A DNA stretch of 53,746 bases from the NCBI GenBank assembly GCA_025451755.1, contig JANWJT010000017.1:82147-135892 (forward strand), read 5' to 3'. The position numbers and the translations under genes were made by a program. The notes beneath the pieces are model-generated. The model did no database searches. It was not told where the DNA came from and was given only the letters and a program-made list of their open reading frames with translations. This document shows positions 26,506-34,568 of this stretch, in pieces. Origin of the DNA: Candidatus Microgenomates bacterium. GTDB taxonomy: Bacteria; Patescibacteriota; Microgenomatia; Levybacterales; UBA12049. Position 1 is the stretch's first letter. Each line of letters starts with the position of its first letter.

Positions 26506-26513
26506 AATTTATT

Positions 26514-27989
26514 ATGGCAAAAAAACAAAAACAAAACATACCGAATAAAATATTCTATCCCCCGGTTGTTGCAGTAGTAGGTCATGTAGATCATGGTAAA
26601 ACTACGCTTCTAGACACAATCCGCAAATCAAATATTGCACAAAGAGAACATGGCGGAATAACCCAAAAAATTGGGGCATCAAAAATAGAGTTTGTAAACG
26701 ATGAGGAAAAAAGAGCAGTTACTTTTATAGACACACCGGGGCATGAGGCATTTTCAAATATGAGAGGGAGAGGAGTTATGGCCGCAGACATAGGGCTCTT
26801 GGTTGTTTCATCTGTCGACGGAGTTATGCCTCAGACAAAAGAAAGTATAGAGTTTTTAAAAGAATCGGGAATTCCTTTTATTGTTGTTTTAACAAAGTCT
26901 GACCTTCCAGAAAAAAATCCAGAGAAAGTTAAAGGAGAGCTTTTAAAAGCCGAAGTTCTCTTAGAAGGATATGGTGGAGATGTTCCTGTAATTGAAGTAT
27001 CTGCAAAAATAAATTCAAATATTAAAGAGCTTTTAAGCTTAATTCTTTTGGTATTCGAAATGAAGAATGAGAATTTAGGCAATTCGGAAAAAGGAGAATT
27101 TAAAGGAGTAGTTATTGAATCAAAGTTAGATCAAAGAATAGGGCCTGTATCGACGGTTGTCATTAAGAATGGTGCTCTATCTGTAAGAGACGAGATATCG
27201 GCCGATAAAATACTTGGAAAAGTAAAGAGTCTTACAGATGCTTTAGGAAAAAGAGTAGACAGAGCAACAGTTGGCGAAGCGGTGGAAATTTTGGGGTTCG
27301 AAAAAGTTCCGCAGGTTGGGAGCGTAGTTTTGAAGAAGGGTTCTGGTGCTGAAGAAGCTTACAAAAATATTGATCAGAATTCTAGTGGGAGCCCTTCTGC
27401 GATTGCCGCCCCTACCGAAGAAAATCCTCTCCTTTCTGTAATAATTTGTGCTGATACTTTAGGTTCTATTGAAGCAATAGTAAATGCACTGCCAACTCAA
27501 ATCAATGTTGTATCCAAAAAAACTGGTGATATTTCGCCTGCAGATCTTTTGCTTGCAAAATCAATTAAGGCAATTGTTCTTGGATTTAACATTAAAATTA
27601 AACCCGAGATTATGAAGCTTGCAAAAACAGAAAAGGTCCTTGCCAAAAATTACAAGCTCATTTACGAGTTGATAGATGAAATAACAGACGTTTTGGATGG
27701 CAGAGAACTTTCTCTTATCGAAGAAATTTTGGGAAAAGCAAAAATAATTGCAGAATTTCCGTTTGAAAAAACGAAAGTTTTGGGAATTACAATTCTTGAA
27801 GGAAGAATGGCTAAAGGAGATAAAATAAGACTTGTTAGAAAAGACGAAGTTATAGGAGAAAGTACAATTTTTTCTTTAAGACAAGGTAAAAATCAAATAT
27901 CAAAAGTAGAAAAAGGCAATGAAGCTGGTATAATTATTTCTCCTTTCCTTGACTTTACTATAGGAGATATGGTAATATCTCATGGGTAA
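26514..27989 (+). CDS. infB: Translation initiation factor IF-2 (short form lacking the N-terminal region)
   Basis: G-domain motifs GHVDHGKTTLLD, DTPGHEAF and TKSD, with the IF-2 C-terminal domains. Confidence 0.92.
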   Translation: MAKKQKQNIPNKIFYPPVVAVVGHVDHGKTTLLDTIRKSNIAQREHGGITQKIGASKIEFVNDEEKRAVTFIDTPGHEAFSNMRGRGVMAADIGLLVVSSVDGVMPQTKESIEFLKESGIPFIVVLTKSDLPEKNPEKVKGELLKAEVLLEGYGGDVPVIEVSAKINSNIKELLSLILLVFEMKNENLGNSEKGEFKGVVIESKLDQRIGPVSTVVIKNGALSVRDEISADKILGKVKSLTDALGKRVDRATVGEAVEILGFEKVPQVGSVVLKKGSGAEEAYKNIDQNSSGSPSAIAAPTEENPLLSVIICADTLGSIEAIVNALPTQINVVSKKTGDISPADLLLAKSIKAIVLGFNIKIKPEIMKLAKTEKVLAKNYKLIYELIDEITDVLDGRELSLIEEILGKAKIIAEFPFEKTKVLGITILEGRMAKGDKIRLVRKDEVIGESTIFSLRQGKNQISKVEKGNEAGIIISPFLDFTIGDMVISHG

Positions 27990-28026
27990 ATCAAGCACTA
28001 AATTTGGTGTTAGATAGATTCCCCTT

Positions 28027-29070
28027 ATGGATAATAGAGTGTCGAATCAAATAAAAGATTTTATTGAAAAGAATAACAAGATTGGTATTGCCGTTGGTAA
28101 AAATCCGGGCGTTGACGAAATGGGTGCGGCACTCTCTCTTTATCTTTCTCTTCAGTCTTTCGGAAAAGATGTAGCGATAGTTTGCCCGACAGAAGCTTTA
28201 GTAGAGCACTCTCGTCTTGTTGGAATAGATAAAGTAAAATCAAGCTTCGATGCAGGGTCAGGAGATTTAACGGCTTCTTTTCCATATAAGGAAGGGGAAA
28301 TAGAAAAAATTTCCTATACTCTTGAGAATGGTTTTTTAAATATTATTGTAAAAGCTGGAGAAGATGGATTAAATTTTTCTGAGAATGATGTCGTCTTTAA
28401 AAGATCACAGAGCTATCCTGGGCTCCTATTTGTTATAGGAACTCCTAGACTTTCTGATTTGGGCGGGATTTTCAACCCTCAAGCCTTGAAAGATACAATA
28501 GTAATTAATATCGATAATAAATCAGACAATCAAGGATTTGGAGATATTGCTTTTGTTTCTCCTACTAATTCTTCAATCTGCGAGCAAATAGGAGATTTAA
28601 TTTTATCGCTTGATTTCCCGTTAGATGTTGATATTGCGCAAAATTTGTTAATCGGCATAGAGGATGCAACAGAAAATTTTCAAAATAACAGTACGAGTCC
28701 TTTAGCTTTTGAAATGGTTGGAAATCTTATGAAAAAGGGAGCTATAAGAAGCGATAATAAATCTTCAAAAATAATGAATCAAGATCTAGATATGGACATT
28801 GAAGAAGCACCTGTATTTGCGCAACCTGCTCTGCAGAGAAGGCCGGCTCAGAGTCAGCCGTTCAAATCTTTCGCAAATTACCCCAAGCAAAGTCAGCAAG
28901 TCCGATCTTTCTTAGATCAGCAAATAAAAAATCAGCAAAAACAGAATAAAGAAGATCGAGGAAGAAAAGCATCTATATCGACACAAAATATTCAAGAGGA
29001 CGACCAGGATAAAAATCCACCGACCGATTGGCTCGCTCCAAAAATTTATAAAGGATCAACAAATATATAG
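28027..29070 (+). CDS. DHH-family (NrnA-like) domain protein with degenerate catalytic motifs and a Gln-rich tail
   Basis: It aligns to NrnA motifs but with key substitutions. GKNPGVDEMGAALSL replaces HxxPDxDxxGS, INIDNKSDNQGFG replaces IDHHxxNxxFG, and GIEDATENF replaces GIxTDTGxF. No DHHA1 GGGH motif is present. Confidence 0.6.
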   Translation: MDNRVSNQIKDFIEKNNKIGIAVGKNPGVDEMGAALSLYLSLQSFGKDVAIVCPTEALVEHSRLVGIDKVKSSFDAGSGDLTASFPYKEGEIEKISYTLENGFLNIIVKAGEDGLNFSENDVVFKRSQSYPGLLFVIGTPRLSDLGGIFNPQALKDTIVINIDNKSDNQGFGDIAFVSPTNSSICEQIGDLILSLDFPLDVDIAQNLLIGIEDATENFQNNSTSPLAFEMVGNLMKKGAIRSDNKSSKIMNQDLDMDIEEAPVFAQPALQRRPAQSQPFKSFANYPKQSQQVRSFLDQQIKNQQKQNKEDRGRKASISTQNIQEDDQDKNPPTDWLAPKIYKGSTNI

Positions 29071-29109
29071 CTAAAGATTCAACTACTAATTCTAAGATTA
29101 AATTTCCTA

Positions 29110-29138
29110 TTGAGGAATAAGTCAGGAATTGCTATAAT
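29110..29138 (+). promoter_or_regulatory. Promoter TTGAGG-17-(TGc)TATAAT for rpsO, 7 nt before the ATG
   Basis: Read directly from the sequence. The 'TTG start' used by the ORF track at 29110 is actually the -35 box. Confidence 0.6.
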
Positions 29139-29145
29139 ACCAGAC

Positions 29146-29415
29146 ATGCCATTAACACCAATACAAAAACAAGATATTATAAAAAAATTCCAGACAGCAT
29201 CGGGAGATACGGGAAGTCCTGAGGTTCAGATTGCTCTTTTGTCTAATAGAATTGTAAAATTGACAGAACACCTAAAACAACATATTCATGATACTCACTC
29301 AAGACGAGGTCTTTTATCTATGATTGCAAAAAGAAGAAGACTTGTTAATTTTCTTAAAAATGTAGATAAAATCCGTCACTCCACAATTATAAAAAATTTC
29401 AGCCTTAAAGACTAA
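29146..29415 (+). CDS. rpsO: 30S ribosomal protein S15
   Basis: MPLTPIQKQDIIKKFQ...GSPEVQIALLSNRI..LTEHLK.H.HD.HSRRGLL.M...RRRL is typical S15. The start was trimmed from the track's 29110. Confidence 0.93.
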   Translation: MPLTPIQKQDIIKKFQTASGDTGSPEVQIALLSNRIVKLTEHLKQHIHDTHSRRGLLSMIAKRRRLVNFLKNVDKIRHSTIIKNFSLKD

Positions 29416-31737
29416 ATGGAAAAAACCCAAGTTAAATTAGAACTCGCAGGTAAAACCCTCACTCTCGAAACGGGACAACTTGCTTTCCAGGCAACAGCAG
29501 CTGTTTTAGCGCGTCTTGGAGATACAGTAATTTTAGCTACAGTTGTTGAAGGTGGTAAATCAGATTTGGATTATTTTCCATTGTCGGTTGAATATGGAGA
29601 AAGACTTTATGCAGGGGGGAAAATTAAAGGGTCTCGCTGGGTTAAGCGTGAAGGACAGCCTTCAGATGATGCAATTCTTGCAGGGCGTTTAATAGACAGA
29701 TCAGTTCGTCCTCTTTTTCCAAAAAGCTTTAAAAATAATGTTCAAGTTATTGTAACTGTTTTGTCAGTTGATGGTGAAAATCAAGCAGATGTCCTTTCCT
29801 TAAATGCTGTTTCAGCGGCACTGGCTATTTCAAAAATTCCATGGAATGGACCAATTGGCGGAATCAGAATCGGTTACAATAATGCTCTGGAAGGAAAAAA
29901 ATCAGGTTTTATAATTAACCCAACACTTAGTGAAACAGCAGCTTCAGAGCTAGATATAGTTGTTTCTCAGTCAAAAGATAAAACAAATATGATAGAAGCC
30001 GGAGCTTCCCAAGTTTCGGAAACTATTTTAGCCGAAGCAATTGAAGTGGCGCATAAAGAAACTTCAAAGATTATAAATTTAATCGAAGAATTAGTTAAAA
30101 AAGTTGGAGCGAAAAAATTAGAAGTTCCTTTGGAAAACACACTTGCCGAAGCAAATGTTCTTATAGAAAAATCATATAAGGCAGAAATTAAAGCTCTTAT
30201 TGAATTAAGAGTTGGTAAAGAAGGCGGAGGTAATGAAACAGCAGATTTGATTACAAAAATTGCAGACGATAATAAAGTAGCAAATCCCGAGACAGAGATA
30301 GATAAAAAAACAATTGCAAAAGCAGTTGAGTACGCTATGTTTAAGCTTGTTAGAACAGATGTGATCGAAAAGAAAAAAAGAGCAGACGGAAGAAAAATTG
30401 ATGAAATAAGAGAAATAGTTTCGGAAGTTGGATTACTTCCAAGAACTCATGGATCAGCTCTTTTTCAAAGAGGGATTACGCAAGCTCTATCTATTGTAAC
30501 CCTAGGTTCGCCTCGCATGGAACAGTTGATTGAATCAGCAGAAGGTGAAGAAACAAAGAGATACATCCATCATTATTCAGGACTACCATATTCTTTTGGT
30601 CAAACAGGAAGAGTTGGAAGTCCTTCAAGACGTGAAAAAGGACACGGAGGATTAGCCGAAAAAGCTCTTCTTGATGTAATTCCAAACGAAGATGATTTTC
30701 CATATACAATTAGGGTTGTTTCTGAAGTCTTGTCGCAAAATGGATCAAGTTCAATGGCTGCTGTATCGGGCTCGACCTTGGCTCTTATGGACGCAGGAGT
30801 TCCAATTAAAAAACCAGTTGCCGGTATTTCAATTGGAATGATGTCGGATGGAGATAAGTATGAATTATTAACTGACATTATTGGACTTGAAGATTTTTCA
30901 GGAGACATGGATTTTAAAGTTGCAGGAACAGATGCAGGAGTTACAGCAATCCAGCTTGATGTCAAAATTCCAGGCTTGACTATAAAGCAAGTAAGAGAAG
31001 CTTTAGATAGAGCAAAAGTAGCAAGAATTAAAATTCTTGAATTAATTCATAAGACAATGCCAGAGCCGAGATCAAATCTTTCTATTTATGCACCAAAAAT
31101 TGAAATAGTTAAAATTCCAGTTGAAAAAATCGGAGAACTTATTGGTCCGGGAGGAAAAATAATTAAGAATATTATAGCCTCAACCGGAGCAACTGTTGAT
31201 GTTGAAGATGATGGTTCGGTTGCAATTACGGGAACTACAGAAGAATCGGTAAAAAAAGCAATGGATTGGGTTACTTCCTTAATGCGTGAAGTCAAGCCAG
31301 GTGAAGTTTTTGAAGGAGAAGTAAAAAGAATTCTTCCTTTCGGGGCTTTCGTAGAGGTTCTGCCGGGAAAAGAAGGCATGGTTCATGTTTCTCAAATGGG
31401 ACAAGGATTTGTAAAAAATCCAAATGATGTTGTATCAATAGGACAAAAAGTAAAAGTCAGAGTAGCAGAAATTGATGAACAGGGAAGAATAAATCTGTCA
31501 ATGAAATTTGAATCAGGTTCCGACGAAAAAAGAGAAGATCGTTCTGTTCCTGCCATTCAGAATTCTAGTATCCCGCAATCTAATAGGTCGGAGGATAATC
31601 AAAATTTTCCAAAAAAACCACAACAAGAAGAGCATCCTTTAGCAAGGCAGTTTAAAAGAGAAAGAGCCGAAAAAGAAAATAAAAACAGACAAAATTTTCC
31701 ACAAAGAAGACCCCGTTTTAGAAAAGACAGTTATTAG
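29416..31737 (+). CDS. pnp: Polyribonucleotide nucleotidyltransferase (PNPase) with a basic/Gln-rich C-terminal extension
   Basis: Two RNase PH domains, a KH domain (GPGGKIIKNI) and an S1 domain. The ATG directly abuts the rpsO stop codon. Confidence 0.95.
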   Translation: MEKTQVKLELAGKTLTLETGQLAFQATAAVLARLGDTVILATVVEGGKSDLDYFPLSVEYGERLYAGGKIKGSRWVKREGQPSDDAILAGRLIDRSVRPLFPKSFKNNVQVIVTVLSVDGENQADVLSLNAVSAALAISKIPWNGPIGGIRIGYNNALEGKKSGFIINPTLSETAASELDIVVSQSKDKTNMIEAGASQVSETILAEAIEVAHKETSKIINLIEELVKKVGAKKLEVPLENTLAEANVLIEKSYKAEIKALIELRVGKEGGGNETADLITKIADDNKVANPETEIDKKTIAKAVEYAMFKLVRTDVIEKKKRADGRKIDEIREIVSEVGLLPRTHGSALFQRGITQALSIVTLGSPRMEQLIESAEGEETKRYIHHYSGLPYSFGQTGRVGSPSRREKGHGGLAEKALLDVIPNEDDFPYTIRVVSEVLSQNGSSSMAAVSGSTLALMDAGVPIKKPVAGISIGMMSDGDKYELLTDIIGLEDFSGDMDFKVAGTDAGVTAIQLDVKIPGLTIKQVREALDRAKVARIKILELIHKTMPEPRSNLSIYAPKIEIVKIPVEKIGELIGPGGKIIKNIIASTGATVDVEDDGSVAITGTTEESVKKAMDWVTSLMREVKPGEVFEGEVKRILPFGAFVEVLPGKEGMVHVSQMGQGFVKNPNDVVSIGQKVKVRVAEIDEQGRINLSMKFESGSDEKREDRSVPAIQNSSIPQSNRSEDNQNFPKKPQQEEHPLARQFKRERAEKENKNRQNFPQRRPRFRKDSY

Positions 31738-31783
31738 CTTCTTCTAATTGTTTAAACAGCCTCTATTGTTGTATTATTAATAC

Positions 31784-32854
31784 ATGGATAACTCGTCTGC
31801 CTCGCTGGAGTCTCAAATTCAAAAACTAGATGAAAAAGTAAAAGCTTCCAGTTTGCCCTCAGACCTTTTGGAAAAAATAGAAAGCATGATCAATTTACTT
31901 AGAGCCACTTTAAAAGGAGGAAGTGCGTCATTTATAAATTTTGAAACAGTTTCGAATTATGTAAATTGGATTATCTCTCTTCCTTTCAATAAAGAAACAA
32001 AGGATATTTTAGATCTGCATAATGCAAAAGAAGTCCTGGATAAAAATCATTACGGACTTTTAAGTGTCAAAAATAGAATTTTGGAATACTTATCGTCAAT
32101 TATTTTAATTATGCAAAACGATCCGACAGGAGGAGTAATAAGAGCTCCTATCCTTTGTCTTATAGGTTTGGTTGGAACAGGTAAAACAACACTTGCTTAT
32201 TCTATAGCAGAATCTCTTGGAAGAAAATTTGAAAGAATTCCTTTTGGAGGAATGGGAGATGCAAGGGCAATTCGTGGCCAATCCCGGGCATTTGCAGATG
32301 CAGAACCAGGTGCAATTATTAAAAAGATTGTTCATTCTCAAAGCAAAAATCCGGTTATTCTCCTAGATGAACTAGACAGGGTAACAGAAACAGCAAGAGC
32401 AGATATTATGGGAGTTTTAGTTGAGCTATTGGATCCTGAGCAAAACAAAGCCTTTACCGATCATTACGTTGATTATCCATTTGATCTTTCTCACGTTTTA
32501 TTTATTGCGACTGCAAATAATACCACAAATATTTCAACTGCAGTTTTGGATAGACTTGAAGTTGTTCAAATGCCGTCATATTCGGATGATGAGAAGCTGG
32601 CAATTGCAAAAAGCTACCTTTTTCCAAAAATTCAAAAGCAAACAGGACTTTCCGATAATAAGCTGGCAATTGATGATAGCGCTTGGCCATTTATTATAAG
32701 ACCTTTAGGATTTGATGCAGGAATCAGAAGCTTAGAAAGGACTTTGGAAGGAGTGTGTAGAAAAACTGCAAGACTTATTGTTGAAGGAAAAGTTCCTCAG
32801 GGTTCTTATATTCACATAACATCGGAAAATTATAAACAGTTTTTACCAACCTAA
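31784..32854 (+). CDS. Lon-type AAA+ module only (no LON N-domain, no S16 protease domain)
   Basis: It matches the Lon ATPase region: NHYGLLSVKNRILEYL, GLVGTGKTT, RGQSRAF, ILLDELDR, LDPEQN..F.DHY, DRLEVVQMPSY and AGIRSLER. The ORF ends where the protease domain would start. Confidence 0.7.
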   Translation: MDNSSASLESQIQKLDEKVKASSLPSDLLEKIESMINLLRATLKGGSASFINFETVSNYVNWIISLPFNKETKDILDLHNAKEVLDKNHYGLLSVKNRILEYLSSIILIMQNDPTGGVIRAPILCLIGLVGTGKTTLAYSIAESLGRKFERIPFGGMGDARAIRGQSRAFADAEPGAIIKKIVHSQSKNPVILLDELDRVTETARADIMGVLVELLDPEQNKAFTDHYVDYPFDLSHVLFIATANNTTNISTAVLDRLEVVQMPSYSDDEKLAIAKSYLFPKIQKQTGLSDNKLAIDDSAWPFIIRPLGFDAGIRSLERTLEGVCRKTARLIVEGKVPQGSYIHITSENYKQFLPT

Positions 32855-32855
32855 T

Positions 32856-34550
32856 ATGAAAGATCAAATATCGTTTATTCCAATTGGGGGAATTGGCAAT
32901 GTTACAAAAAACATGTATTTATATGAATATAAAGATGAAATTCTCATTATCGATTGCGGTTTAGGCTTTGCAGATGAGACAATGCTTGGAGTAGGCTTAC
33001 TTCTTCCGGATATTTCTTATTTGCTTAATTCAAATCTTTCCTCTTCGGGGGCGACGGGTAAAAAAATAGTTGGAATGGCAATAACTCACGGGCACGAAGA
33101 TCATACAGGAGCGCTTCCGCACATACTTCCTCAGCTTGCAAAAAAAACAGGCTTTTCTTTTCCTATTTTCGCAGGACCGTTAACCGCAGGACTCGCAAAT
33201 GAAAAATTGAATGAATTTGGAATACCAGTTAGGGTAAAAGCAGTAAATTATGAAGATGGAGAAATAAAATTGGGAAGTTTTACGATTTCTTTTATAAGAG
33301 TTACTCACTCAATTCCCGACAGTTCTCATATCTTTATAAAAACTCCAGTTGGGAATTTTTATCATGGGAGTGATTTTAAATTTGATCTAACACCCTTTGA
33401 TGATAAAAAGACTGACTTTCTAAAAATTGCAAAAGTAGCAAATGAAGGAATTCTTTGTCTTGCCTCAGATTGTCTTAGGGCAGAGAAAGAAGGATTTACA
33501 AAATCAGAAAAAGTTTTAGCAGAGAACATAGAAGAACAAATGAGAAGCTGTGAGGGAAAGTTTATATTGACTACTTATTCTTCTAATATTTCAAGACTTA
33601 ATCAGGCAATACAAGCCGCGCAAAAGTTGGGGAGAAAAGTTGTTTTTGTAGGCAGATCTTTGGTAAATACAGCAACTATTGCCCAAAAATTAGGCTATAT
33701 GAAACTTAATCCTGGCATGGAAATTGGAGTAAATGAAATTAAAAGATATAAAGATTCCAATCTTTTACTTCTTGTTGCTGGCAGTCAGGCTCAAGCAAAT
33801 TCCGCACTTTCCAGAATTGCAAACGGAGATCATAAGGAAATTTCTATTTCTCCAAAAGATGTTGTTATATTCTCTGCGGATCCAATTCCAGGTAATGAAG
33901 TATCAATAAATTCTTTAATAGACAGCATTGCAAAAAGAGGAGCTAGAGTTGTTTATTCTCAAATAACAGATGATTTTCATGTTTCAGGGCATGCGTCAGC
34001 CGATGACCTCATGCTTCTTATGGAGATGACCCATCCTAAAAAACTTATCCCAATAGGAGGAACATACAGGCAAATGGTTGCTTATAAAAATTTAGCAAAA
34101 AGACAAGGTTTTCAAGACAAAGATATATTGTTAATCGAAAATGGACAGGAGATTGTATTTTCAAAAGACGATGCAGTAATGGGAAGAAAAATTCCTATTA
34201 AAAACATATTTGTCGATGAGATCTCAGGAGAAGAAGTCGAAAGCTTTGTTTTACAAGATAGGCAGAAAATATCAAAAGACGGAGTAATAATTGTAGTTGC
34301 GGAAGTTGATTCGCAAACAGGCCAAATAGTTGATTACCCAACTATAATCTCGCGAGGCTTAGCCGATCAAGAAAATAGAACTGCCAATAAAAAAGTAGCA
34401 AAAGATATTAGAGACGGTTTTAGTGCAAAAAAGGGTCGGGTAACAGACTGGATGTATATAAGAAAAAAAGTTGGAGAAATCGGAGAACGCTCAATTCTTA
34501 AATATCTTCGCCGACGTCCCCTTGTATTACCGGTTATCATAGAGGTCTGA
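32856..34550 (+). CDS. rnj: Ribonuclease J
   Basis: Metallo-beta-lactamase motif ITHGHEDHTGALP, beta-CASP and the RNase J C-terminal domain. Confidence 0.9.
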   Translation: MKDQISFIPIGGIGNVTKNMYLYEYKDEILIIDCGLGFADETMLGVGLLLPDISYLLNSNLSSSGATGKKIVGMAITHGHEDHTGALPHILPQLAKKTGFSFPIFAGPLTAGLANEKLNEFGIPVRVKAVNYEDGEIKLGSFTISFIRVTHSIPDSSHIFIKTPVGNFYHGSDFKFDLTPFDDKKTDFLKIAKVANEGILCLASDCLRAEKEGFTKSEKVLAENIEEQMRSCEGKFILTTYSSNISRLNQAIQAAQKLGRKVVFVGRSLVNTATIAQKLGYMKLNPGMEIGVNEIKRYKDSNLLLLVAGSQAQANSALSRIANGDHKEISISPKDVVIFSADPIPGNEVSINSLIDSIAKRGARVVYSQITDDFHVSGHASADDLMLLMEMTHPKKLIPIGGTYRQMVAYKNLAKRQGFQDKDILLIENGQEIVFSKDDAVMGRKIPIKNIFVDEISGEEVESFVLQDRQKISKDGVIIVVAEVDSQTGQIVDYPTIISRGLADQENRTANKKVAKDIRDGFSAKKGRVTDWMYIRKKVGEIGERSILKYLRRRPLVLPVIIEV

Positions 34551-34568
34551 GGGTATATAATATATAAA

